A stretch of DNA of 64,000 bases from an uncultured bacterium. Its GTDB lineage: Bacteria; Verrucomicrobiota; Kiritimatiellia; RFP12; UBA1067. Made by a program: the position numbers and the translations under genes. The DNA lies in the NCBI GenBank assembly GCA_902779865.1, contig CACZDG010000001.1, forward strand, positions 10,149-74,148, in the 5' to 3' direction. This document shows positions 55,466 through 64,000 of the stretch, one piece after another. The notes under the pieces were generated by a model that was not told the DNA's origin, did not search any database, and saw only the letters and a list, made by a program, of their open reading frames with translations. Each line of letters opens with the position of its first letter. The stretch's first letter is position 1.

Positions 55466-56410
55466 TCAGTTCAGCGCGGCTTTGAGCGTCTCCAGATTCT
55501 GCGCCATCACGTCGATGTAGCGCGTGGTCTTTGTCGCATCTCCGCCGACAGACTGAAGCGAGTTGAACGTGAGGATGCGTTGGTCGCGGCTTTTCGTGGT
55601 GCGGCGCACCGTTTCGGCAAGCCTGTGGTTTGATCCCTCGATTACGAGGATGACGGGCAGTTCAAGTTCGTCCACCTTTTTCGCGAGGCGCGCGACGGTC
55701 TTGAAACTCGCTTCGCTTTCGGCGGAGCAGCCCGAGAACGCGGCGTAGTGCGCGATGCCGTAGTCTTCCGTGAGATGACGGAAGGGGAACCGGTCTGCAA
55801 CGAGTATGGTCTTGCGTTTCGCTCCGGCGACGGCCTTCGCGTATGCATGGTCGAGGATGGCGAGGCGCTCGCAGTAGGTGTTTGCGTTGGCTCGGTAGGT
55901 CGTGGCGTTGGCTGGATCGAGCGCGGCGAGGTTGTCGGTGATGGCCTTGACAAGTGTGGCGGCGTGGCGAAGCGAGAGCCACACGTGTTCGTCGGTATTG
56001 TGTTCGTGCTTTTTGTGGTCATGCTCATCGTGGTCGTGTTCCTTGATTCCAAGCGTCTTCACGAGGTTGAGCACGCGGCGGTTCGGGTTACCGTGCCGGG
56101 CGAGGGCGCGCTCCGTCCAGCCGTCTGATGTGCCTCCCGTGAATACGAATAGGTCGCAGGTGGCTATCTTTCGCAGGTCAGCGGCGGACGGCGAATAGCC
56201 ATGGAGGTCTGCCCCGCTTTGCTGGAGCAGTACGAGGTCCGTTTCGTCAAGGCGTTCTCCGAGAATCTGTCGCGCCCAGTCGTATATGGGGAACGTCTCG
56301 GCGACGATTCTGACGCGCATTGGCGTCTGCGTCGGCGCGGGATTCGCTGCCGCCGCCGCGCACACCGCAGTAGCTACGGAGAGAAGGATTGTTGTTTTTT
56401 TGAGCATCAC
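55466..56410 (-). CDS. znuA: metal ABC transporter substrate-binding protein, ZnuA/TroA family (zinc)
   Basis: Signal peptide. TroA-like fold motifs. His/Asp-rich loop EHDHDEHDHKKHEHNTDEH typical of ZnuA. No znuB/znuC adjacent. Confidence 0.75.
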   Translation of the reverse strand: MMLKKTTILLSVATAVCAAAAANPAPTQTPMRVRIVAETFPIYDWARQILGERLDETDLVLLQQSGADLHGYSPSAADLRKIATCDLFVFTGGTSDGWTERALARHGNPNRRVLNLVKTLGIKEHDHDEHDHKKHEHNTDEHVWLSLRHAATLVKAITDNLAALDPANATTYRANANTYCERLAILDHAYAKAVAGAKRKTILVADRFPFRHLTEDYGIAHYAAFSGCSAESEASFKTVARLAKKVDELELPVILVIEGSNHRLAETVRRTTKSRDQRILTFNSLQSVGGDATKTTRYIDVMAQNLETLKAALN

Positions 56411-56591
56411 TTGTCTTTCTTATTATGTTGGGCGCGCATTATACCATTACCTGGCGCAGATTTCAATCATCTGCCGCATTCATTTTGCCTTTTCACCTCC
56501 GGCGCTGCGGACGCATTTTGTCTGACACGGCCGTGCCTAAATATGGTATAATACAAGCGCACTGAAACTTTGTAGATACAACAAGGAGACA

Positions 56592-58217
56592 ATGAAGATG
56601 AAAAACATGCTTTTTGCTGCAGCGATGTCTGCTGTCTTTGCGGTGGGTGCTGCGGAATTCAAGCCGGCGGACGTGCTCGTGTACACGCGCTGGCAGTACG
56701 TGAAGAACCAGAAAACCGGCGAGGTCGCGAAGGGTGGCACCGCCCCGTGGTCCAAGCCTTACCACCACGAATCGACCGAGCAGGGCTCGGAGGAGGTGCG
56801 CCGCTACTTCACGGCGAACGGTCTGTCGTGCCTCGTGACGGACGACCCTGCCGTGTTCACGTCGGGCGCGATGAAGACGTTCAAGGCGATTATGCTCTGC
56901 AACTGCAACCACGAGCTCTTCGAGAACGCCGCGCAGCGCGAGGCGTTCTACAAGTACGTGGAGAACGGCGGCGGGCTCGTCGCGACGCACTCCTCGAGCG
57001 CATGCGAGCGCGGGGACAAGCGCTTCCGCGACTTCCTCGGCGGCGCGTTCGAGCGCCACTACAGGATGCAACCGGTCAAGTTTAGCCGCGTGGACGCCAA
57101 GTATCCCGCGATGACGATGTTCCCGCAGGGGAGCGTCTGGGAGATGGACGAGGTCTACCTCAACCATCCGGACGAGACGGGGCTGCGTCCGCTCATGATC
57201 CTCGACTGGAAGGACGTGGATGCGAAGTCGCGCAAGACGGACAAGTACGGCTGCCCGAAGATCGGCGGACACGTCCTCGAGTGGTGCAAGACCTACGGCA
57301 AGGGCCGCATCTTCTACACGGCGCTCGGACACCGTCCGAAGGACTGGGGCAAGATGGAGTGGCAGCTGCACCTCTTCGAGGCGACGAAGTGGGCGATGGG
57401 CGAGCGTCCCGACAACGTCGAGGTGAAGACCACGACCGCGAAGGTGCGCACGACCATCGAGGGCGTCGAGTGCGTGAAGGATGGCAAGACGGTGTGGAAG
57501 TTCAACATCGCGAACCGCGAGAACAAGCCGTTCGTGCATCCGCTCTGTCTGCCGGACGGACGCTGCTTCACGGATGCGCGTCCCGCGGACCATCCCTGGC
57601 ACCTCGGCCTCTGGTTCTGCTGGAAGTTCATCAACGGGCTCAACTACTGGGAGCCGCGTGGTCCGGCTGCGGGGAACCTCTTCCCCGACGGCATGACGGT
57701 CGTGAAGAACTTCAAGATCGTACCGAAGGGCGGCGCGTGCGACGTGCAGCTCTCGATGTGGTACGGTCCACGCGCGCAGCCTGGCAAGGTGCTTCTGGAG
57801 GAGGAGCGCCGGGTTCAGTTCTCGGCGCCCGACGCGAAGGGCGGTTACAAGATCCGCTCCACGCACGTGTTCACGGCGCGTGACAACGTGAAGTTCGACT
57901 GCCGCCGTCCCGTGGGCTACGGCGGGTTCTCGCTCCGCATGGCGACGATGATGCGCGAGTTCAAGATGTCCGGCGTCGGCGGCGAGCCGAGCCACGACAA
58001 GAACGTCGGCGGCCCCAAGGAGATGACGGCCGTCCGCTACGTCGATCCCAAGACGGGCCATGGCATCGAGGTGAAGGAGCTGGCGCCGCTCGAGACCGAG
58101 CGCATCTACACGTGGAGCGACCACCGCTTCGTCAACCCTATGCCGATCTACGAGAAGCCGCTTGAACTCAAGCCCGGCGAGAGGTTCACCCTCGACTACG
58201 AGATATCCGTGTTCTGA
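56592..58217 (+). CDS. ThuA-like (type-1 glutamine amidotransferase-like) domain protein with C-terminal PmoA-like domain
   Basis: Signal peptide. ThuA motifs (ENGGGLVATHSS, RIFYTALGH). C-terminal ~250 aa resembling the PmoA-family (PF14100-like) domain. AAGGAG RBS. Confidence 0.6.
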   Translation: MKMKNMLFAAAMSAVFAVGAAEFKPADVLVYTRWQYVKNQKTGEVAKGGTAPWSKPYHHESTEQGSEEVRRYFTANGLSCLVTDDPAVFTSGAMKTFKAIMLCNCNHELFENAAQREAFYKYVENGGGLVATHSSSACERGDKRFRDFLGGAFERHYRMQPVKFSRVDAKYPAMTMFPQGSVWEMDEVYLNHPDETGLRPLMILDWKDVDAKSRKTDKYGCPKIGGHVLEWCKTYGKGRIFYTALGHRPKDWGKMEWQLHLFEATKWAMGERPDNVEVKTTTAKVRTTIEGVECVKDGKTVWKFNIANRENKPFVHPLCLPDGRCFTDARPADHPWHLGLWFCWKFINGLNYWEPRGPAAGNLFPDGMTVVKNFKIVPKGGACDVQLSMWYGPRAQPGKVLLEEERRVQFSAPDAKGGYKIRSTHVFTARDNVKFDCRRPVGYGGFSLRMATMMREFKMSGVGGEPSHDKNVGGPKEMTAVRYVDPKTGHGIEVKELAPLETERIYTWSDHRFVNPMPIYEKPLELKPGERFTLDYEISVF

Positions 58218-58236
58218 CGGGCGAGGAGGCGCTGCC

Positions 58237-59382
58237 ATGGAACTTTCGCGACTTTCGTTTCTCAAGTTGGCCCTCGGCGCAGGTGCCGGAAGCCTTATGC
58301 CGGGATGCATGACGAAGCCGAAAGACGGCGGTTCGACGTATTCCGTCGCCTTGCTCGGCGATACGCACTTCGACTCCACGGACAATAAGTTCTACCACGC
58401 GAAGTATCTGAGCAGCACCACGGAACAGCGCTACAAGGCCCATTTGAAGGAGCATGTCCGCAACGCCAAGATGTGGACGGAGCGGATGCCGTCGCTGTTG
58501 CGCGCGTCCGCCAAGTCGGCCACGCCCGACACCGCCTTCATCCTCCAAATGGGCGATCTCGTGCAAGGCGACTGCAACGATCCGGCCATGCATCGCCGAA
58601 TGCTTACAGACGCCTTCAACCTAATCAAGGGCGCGTATGGCGGCGAGTTGCCGTTTATATCCGTAGTCGGCAACCACGACATACGCGGCGACATACCGAC
58701 CGACGGTACGCGCGAGGCGTTTGACGCATGGCAGCCGCCGGTGGTCTCCAAGGAGCTGAAGCAAAAGGTCACCGGCACTACATTTTCATTCAGGCACGGC
58801 CCCGATGCGTTCGTGGTCGTGGATTTCAACGATCCGCGCCCCGACTTCGACCTGCTGTTGAAGGTCCTGGACGGCACTGACGGCGCGCGCCATCTTTTCC
58901 TCGTCTCGCATGGCCCCACGATTCCCAACGGCGCGTCGCGGTGGTTCCTGCTCGGCGGAAAGGACCGCACCGAAGAGCGGCGCGAGCTACTGCGCCGTCT
59001 TGCGAAGCGGAACGCAATCGTCCTTTCCGGCCACACGCACAAAATCGAATACTACGACTGCGTGCTGCCGGAGGGGCGCGTGACGCAGTTCGTGGCGAGC
59101 AGCGTTTGGTCGAATCCGGATCTTGACAAGCTGAAGTTTGTCGATAAGGGCGTTGCAGATTACGGAAACCGCGTGAAGAAGCTGAAGGGCCTGCAGCGTG
59201 ACGGTGTGACGCCGGAAGACCTGGTGAAACTTGTGGAGGAGTACCGTCCGTACATCCGCGACTACAGCCTTGCGAACGGCGCGGGGCATTTCCGTCTAGA
59301 CATATCCGACAAATGCGTGGCCGCCACGTTCTACGGCGGCGCGTCGCTCGTGCCGGGGCGCACTTACCTCTTGCGCGGTTGA
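58237..59382 (+). CDS. metallophosphoesterase (calcineurin-like), secreted
   Basis: ALLGDTHFD, MGDLVQGD, VVGNHD and SGHTHK motifs. GGAGG RBS before ATG 58237. Confidence 0.7.
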   Translation: MELSRLSFLKLALGAGAGSLMPGCMTKPKDGGSTYSVALLGDTHFDSTDNKFYHAKYLSSTTEQRYKAHLKEHVRNAKMWTERMPSLLRASAKSATPDTAFILQMGDLVQGDCNDPAMHRRMLTDAFNLIKGAYGGELPFISVVGNHDIRGDIPTDGTREAFDAWQPPVVSKELKQKVTGTTFSFRHGPDAFVVVDFNDPRPDFDLLLKVLDGTDGARHLFLVSHGPTIPNGASRWFLLGGKDRTEERRELLRRLAKRNAIVLSGHTHKIEYYDCVLPEGRVTQFVASSVWSNPDLDKLKFVDKGVADYGNRVKKLKGLQRDGVTPEDLVKLVEEYRPYIRDYSLANGAGHFRLDISDKCVAATFYGGASLVPGRTYLLRG

Positions 59383-59417
59383 TGCAGGATTCCAGATTGA
59401 AAGGTGGAGGAACAATA

Positions 59418-62400
59418 ATGAAATTGAAGATGCTTGCGATGTCGTCTGCGATGGCGGCGACGTGTGTATTCGGAGGCGCTGCCCCGGTTGTGGTATTGCC
59501 TGATTTGCCGACGGCCGTTGAGAAGTCGGCCGCCGAAGAGCTTTCGGGCGAACTCGGCAAGTGCCTAGGCGAAAAGCCGAAGGTCGTTGCGGAGGGAGAA
59601 TTGGCGAAGGATGCGACCGCCGCAAGGCTCTTCGTCGGCGCGACGAAGGCCGCAAAGGCGGTGAGGGGGGCGGCGGTTTCATCGAAATCGCCCTACCAGG
59701 TGGATGAGGTTTTTCTGAAATCCGTGGAGGGGGGCGTGGTGCTGGACGGCGATCCGGCGCGCGCGCCGCTGTATGCGGTCGATCTCTATCTAGAAAAGTA
59801 TTGCGGCGTGAGGTGGTGGACCTCCGACGCGGCGACGTATCCGAAGCTCGACGCGGCCCCAGTGAAGGACATCTCGTTCTCGTACGCCCCGCAGTTCAAG
59901 TACCGCGAGACGTACTACCTCGATGGATTTGACCCGCTCTTCAAGGTGCGCTCAAAGGGTAACTTCACGTCTCTCACGCGCTACCTGCTCACGGACATCA
60001 AGTTCATCCCGTCGGAGCTGGGCGGTAACCATCGTCTCTTTTTCTTCAAGGGACGCCACAGCGCGTATCATTCCTTCTTCGAGATTCTGCCGCCGAATGT
60101 GTACTTCGAGAAGCATCCTGAATGGTATTCGCTTGTGAAAGGAAAACGCGAGCCGAAACAGCTCTGCCTTGCGAACGCCGAGATGAAGGCGGAGTACATC
60201 AAGGAGACGCTGAAGCGCCTGCGCGAGGATTCGACCGCCGACTTCATCCAGGTGTCGCAGAACGACTGGCGCGGATATTGCACGTGCGAGAAGTGCAAGG
60301 CGATGATGGCAGAGGATGGCGGTGCGCCGTCGGGTCCGTACCTCCGCTTCGCGAACGACGTCGCGGAGGCGGTTGAGAAGGAGTTCCCGAACGTGCGCAT
60401 CGACACGTTCGCTTACCAGTTCACGCGCAAGGCGCCGACGAAGACGAAGCCTCGTTCCAACGTGGTGGTGCGTCTCTGCGACATCGAATGCGACTTCGCG
60501 CGTCCGCTCGACAAACCCCTGCCGCCGCACAAGGCGTCGTTCGCGAAGGACCTCGCCGACTGGCATCGCGTTGCAGGCGGGAACCTCTTCATCTGGGACT
60601 ACCTCGCCAACTTCCACAGCTACATGATGCCGCATCCGAACATCAACTCCATCGCGCCGAACATCCGCCTCTTCGCCGAGAACGGCGCGGTGGGCGTGTT
60701 CGAGCAGGGTGACGCGCTCTGTTCCGCCGGGACGTTCGCGACGCTCCGGCACTACGTGACAGCGCACCTTCTCTGGGATCCGAAGGACGACGAGAAGCGT
60801 CTCATGGACGAGTTCATGGAAGGGTACTACGGAAAGTCCGCCGCGCCGTTCCTCAAGAAGTTCATCGCGGTGATCGAGGAGGGGCCGCGCAAGACGAAGC
60901 AGATCGTGAAGTGCGGACACAAGGGCGCGCCATTTCTCGGAGCCGACGACAAGCTGCTTGCCGCGAAATACATGGACGAGGCGGTGGCCGCGGCGTCGAA
61001 GGACGGCGAGCCGTTCGCCTCCCGCGTGAGGCGCGAGCGTCTTACCGTTGACCACATGCTGCTCCTCAACTACGATATTCTCAGGAACATATCCGCTAAA
61101 CTCGGTTACACGTGGACGCGTCCCGCGACAAAGGCCGAGGCCGTCGAGAACTGGATTCGCGATGTGAAGTCCTTCGGCGTGAAGGCGCGCCGCGAGACGA
61201 CGCGCGCGGACGAGATCGACAACTACTTCAACAGCCTCCGCAATGGTGCGAAGCCCGCTGTGTCAGCAACCACGGTGCCGATGGGGGACGTGCGCGTGGG
61301 CTTCACGATTGAAACGGGCGAATGGAAACCCTCGAAGGATGCGAAGTCGGGCGGCGGAATCGGGTCTGACCGCGCGCTCGTCCACGCCTCGGTCATCCCG
61401 CACGGACAGATGAAGTCGCTCTCCGTCACGACGAACGGAAACGTGGTGACGGCGGTGTGGAAGGGGCATCCCGTGTGCGGCGAGAACTTCACGGTGACGG
61501 CGAAGATGACGCTTCGTCCGGACGGCGGATTCGAGTACACGTCCTTCGACTACGCCGGGAACGAAAGCGGACAGTATCCCAAGCGGATAGTGTTCCCCGA
61601 GGTCGTCGTTCCGCGTACGGCGAAGACGGCGCTGTTCCGTCCGTTCTTCGCGGGCGACATCCTGCGTCCCAACTGGTCGAAGATGAAGCCGATGCAGCGC
61701 GTCTATTCGTCGGGGCTGATCTTCAAGGTGTTCAACTGCATGGCGGCGCTGGAGGAAAGGGGCGTCTCGCACTTCTTCGACCAGCGCGGCGACGCGCGCC
61801 TCCATGCGGCGGCGTTCGAGGTGACGGTCGGGTCCGCGCCGAACACGCTCGTCCTGCGCAACATCTGGCTCCCGCCGGTCTTGGAAGAGACGCGCAAGGC
61901 CGGCTCTCTGCCGTATCCCGGAGTCTATGTGCCGTATCGCGGCGGGTGGTACGAGGCGGCGAAGATGCACCGCACGTGGATGGAGACGCAGCCGTGGTTC
62001 AAGGCGGCCGCCGCGCGCGACTTCTCGAAGCTGCGCGAGATCGACATGTGGATGTGGAGCCGCGGGAACATCGCCGTCTCCGAGCCGCCCGTCCACTGGT
62101 TCATGAAGGAGACTGGTCTCAAGGTTGCGCTCGACTGGTACTGGTGGCACAACGTCCCGTACGACACCTCCTATCCGTTCTTCTGGCCGCCGCGCGACGG
62201 CGAGGACGCGTTCCGCGCCGCCGTGAAGCGCATGAAGGACCGCGGCGCGTTCCTGCAGGTCTATACGAACGGGATGCTTTGGGACGAGGACGATCCGCGC
62301 TGGGCCGAGGGCGGGCTTGAAAGCACGATCGTGCGGAGCAATGGCCGAATCTACGGCACGACGTTCAATCCGTTCACGAAGCAGAGCCAAGGGCACATGT

Positions 62401-63317
62401 GCGGCGAAGCGCCGAAGTTCCAGGCGAAGATGCGCACGCTGGAGAAGACGCTCGCCTCCACGGGGCTCGACGGTGTTTATATCGACATGATCAGCTGCGC
62501 CGCGCACCTGCCCTGCTTCAACCCGCGCCACAAGCACGCGCCCGGCGACGCGCACGCGCTCATCGAGGGCTACCGCGACTACGTGAACGCCGTCCATGCG
62601 GACAACCCCGGCTTTCTGCTCTCCTCCGAGGCGACGAGCGAGGCGTATCTCGACAGATTCGAGTCGTTCATCATGCTCTACTCCAGCTGGGAGCGCAACG
62701 GCCTCGGCACGCTACCGGGCGAAGAACCTGTCCCCGCCGTCACGGTGATGTACCGCGGCGCGGGCGTGCTCTACGGATCGTTCGCGACGCCCGGCGGAAT
62801 CCCCGGTTGGGATCCGCTCTGGGGCAAGTACCCGGACAAGCCGGACGTGGAGAAACAGATCGCGAAGTATCCCGACCAGTTCGCGGTCGAGTTCGCGCGC
62901 GGCATCGTCTGGGGCGTGCAGCCGATGGTGCACAACTTTGTGATGCGGGACGTCACGAACCCGCGCATCGCGAAGGACATCCAGTTCATGAAGGACTCCG
63001 CGAAGTTCTACCACGACCACAAGGACTTCCTCTTCGACGGCGAGATGCTGAAACCCGCGAAGCTCACCTGCGCCACGAAGCGCGTGCCGTTCCTCAAGAC
63101 GAGCAGCTACAAGCGTCCGCACGAAAGCAAGGAGTGCGTGCAGCCGGCCTTGCCGACGGTGTTCCACTCCGAGTGGCGCGCGCAGGACGGACGCACGGCG
63201 GCGGTTCTCGTCAACTGGACGCGCGAGGAGCAGAAGTACGAACTTGATTTCAACGGCGAGAAGAAAAACGGAACGCTTCAGCCCCTTTCCTGGGCGTGTG
63301 TGCCACTGAAGAATTGA
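59418..63317 (+). CDS. large secreted DUF4838-like putative glycoside hydrolase (1299 aa)
   Basis: Signal peptide. FEILPPNVYFEKHPEWY...NDWRGYCTCEKCKAMM recalls DUF4838. No recognised catalytic domain. GGAGG RBS before ATG 59418. Confidence 0.45.
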   Translation: MKLKMLAMSSAMAATCVFGGAAPVVVLPDLPTAVEKSAAEELSGELGKCLGEKPKVVAEGELAKDATAARLFVGATKAAKAVRGAAVSSKSPYQVDEVFLKSVEGGVVLDGDPARAPLYAVDLYLEKYCGVRWWTSDAATYPKLDAAPVKDISFSYAPQFKYRETYYLDGFDPLFKVRSKGNFTSLTRYLLTDIKFIPSELGGNHRLFFFKGRHSAYHSFFEILPPNVYFEKHPEWYSLVKGKREPKQLCLANAEMKAEYIKETLKRLREDSTADFIQVSQNDWRGYCTCEKCKAMMAEDGGAPSGPYLRFANDVAEAVEKEFPNVRIDTFAYQFTRKAPTKTKPRSNVVVRLCDIECDFARPLDKPLPPHKASFAKDLADWHRVAGGNLFIWDYLANFHSYMMPHPNINSIAPNIRLFAENGAVGVFEQGDALCSAGTFATLRHYVTAHLLWDPKDDEKRLMDEFMEGYYGKSAAPFLKKFIAVIEEGPRKTKQIVKCGHKGAPFLGADDKLLAAKYMDEAVAAASKDGEPFASRVRRERLTVDHMLLLNYDILRNISAKLGYTWTRPATKAEAVENWIRDVKSFGVKARRETTRADEIDNYFNSLRNGAKPAVSATTVPMGDVRVGFTIETGEWKPSKDAKSGGGIGSDRALVHASVIPHGQMKSLSVTTNGNVVTAVWKGHPVCGENFTVTAKMTLRPDGGFEYTSFDYAGNESGQYPKRIVFPEVVVPRTAKTALFRPFFAGDILRPNWSKMKPMQRVYSSGLIFKVFNCMAALEERGVSHFFDQRGDARLHAAAFEVTVGSAPNTLVLRNIWLPPVLEETRKAGSLPYPGVYVPYRGGWYEAAKMHRTWMETQPWFKAAAARDFSKLREIDMWMWSRGNIAVSEPPVHWFMKETGLKVALDWYWWHNVPYDTSYPFFWPPRDGEDAFRAAVKRMKDRGAFLQVYTNGMLWDEDDPRWAEGGLESTIVRSNGRIYGTTFNPFTKQSQGHMCGEAPKFQAKMRTLEKTLASTGLDGVYIDMISCAAHLPCFNPRHKHAPGDAHALIEGYRDYVNAVHADNPGFLLSSEATSEAYLDRFESFIMLYSSWERNGLGTLPGEEPVPAVTVMYRGAGVLYGSFATPGGIPGWDPLWGKYPDKPDVEKQIAKYPDQFAVEFARGIVWGVQPMVHNFVMRDVTNPRIAKDIQFMKDSAKFYHDHKDFLFDGEMLKPAKLTCATKRVPFLKTSSYKRPHESKECVQPALPTVFHSEWRAQDGRTAAVLVNWTREEQKYELDFNGEKKNGTLQPLSWACVPLKN

Positions 63318-63346
63318 AAAATAAGACCGATAAGGAGACTGACAGA

Positions 63347-64000
63347 TGAAAACATTGACTATATTGGCTATGGCCGCAGTGCTAGGTGCTACGGCTGGCG
63401 TACGTGAGGATTTTGCCGCGCCTCAGGGTGCGGTGCGTGAGAACACCGGGCCGCTCTTCTGGCTGCACGGCGACGAGACGGAGGCGCGGTTGCGCGAATA
63501 CGTGGGGCGCGTTGCCGAAAGCGGACAGGGCATCCTCACGATCGAGTCGCGTCCGCACATCGACTGGATGCGTGCGGGCTGGTGGCGCGATGTCGATATC
63601 GTCCTCGACGAGTGCAAGAAGCGCGGCATGAAGATGATGGTGTTCGACGACTACTGGTGGCCGAGTCAGGGCATGGGCGGGAAGTATCCAATCCCCGAGA
63701 AGTACCAGTGCCGCGACGTGAAGGGGACTGTCTATTGGAGCCACGAGGCGCCGGAGAAAGTGCCGAACGAAGTGGCGCGCATCGTGGTGAAGGAAGTTGA
63801 CAAGGGTGTATTCAAGCCAGGGCCCGACGGGGACAAGACGATCGTCTATACCTGGTTCACGTCCAAGGGCAGCTACCGCTTCCCAACCGTGAACGGTCTT
63901 GACGAGGAGGCCGTCGATTGGTTCATCTCGCAGTACTACCAGCCCTACTACGACCGTTACGCGAAGGAGTTCAAGGACGGCACGATCCCCGGCTTCTTCT
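63347..64000 (+). CDS. secreted hypothetical protein, probable glycoside-hydrolase-like; 3' end lies outside the window
   Basis: ATG 63347 after AAGGAGA. Signal peptide MKTLTILAMAAVLGATAG. The ORF stays open to the window end. Confidence 0.4.

Overview
This is a high-GC (roughly 60-65%) bacterial chromosomal segment. By inference it comes from a PVC-superphylum genome (Lentisphaerae/Verrucomicrobia-like). The reasons are the many prepilin-type N-terminal cleavage/methylation-domain proteins, including a DUF1559 protein ending in FADGHV, and the abundance of secreted glycoside hydrolases. The window contains: (i) a translationally coupled pseudopilin operon (GspG/H/I/J-like genes) ending in a 1212-aa GspK-like giant, plus a separate prepilin peptidase; (ii) housekeeping genes ilvC, accD, accA, rlmB, gpmI, arfB and a UbiE/MenG-like methyltransferase; (iii) an iorB-paaK-NifU-like operon with tRNA-Val 11 nt downstream, and a MacB/FtsX-type ABC pair; (iv) many CAZyme-like genes (LamG+GH51, GH2, a beta-helix+GH2 1256-aa fusion, DUF4091, DUF4838, a GH-A barrel), a secreted CotH-kinase protein, and a ThuA/PmoA + Gfo/Idh/MocA + HAD + BASS cluster; (v) a tRNA-Gly/Lys/Phe cluster. 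The most unusual locus lies directly downstream of that tRNA cluster. It holds GC-rich REP-like hairpin arrays, including 3.5 copies of an in-frame 48-bp tandem repeat. These surround and sit inside an IS200-like HuH/Y1 (RAYT-type) transposase ORF. A ~1.7-kb low-GC islet follows, with three small ORFans, one of them a tail-anchored acidic DY-repeat protein. The islet is driven by a canonical TTGCGC-N17-TACAAT promoter with a ~200-nt leader. I consider this islet the best candidate for an acquired, uncharacterised module, although I could not recognise any known system in it. A second genome-style signal is a recurring TGnTATA(A/C)T extended -10 element placed 6-7 nt upstream of ATG codons, which implies leaderless mRNAs. 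One case is a perfect 14-bp inverted pair (TATGATATACTTTC) driving the divergent CotH and DUF4091 genes. Many long antisense ORFs in the track are GC artefacts.
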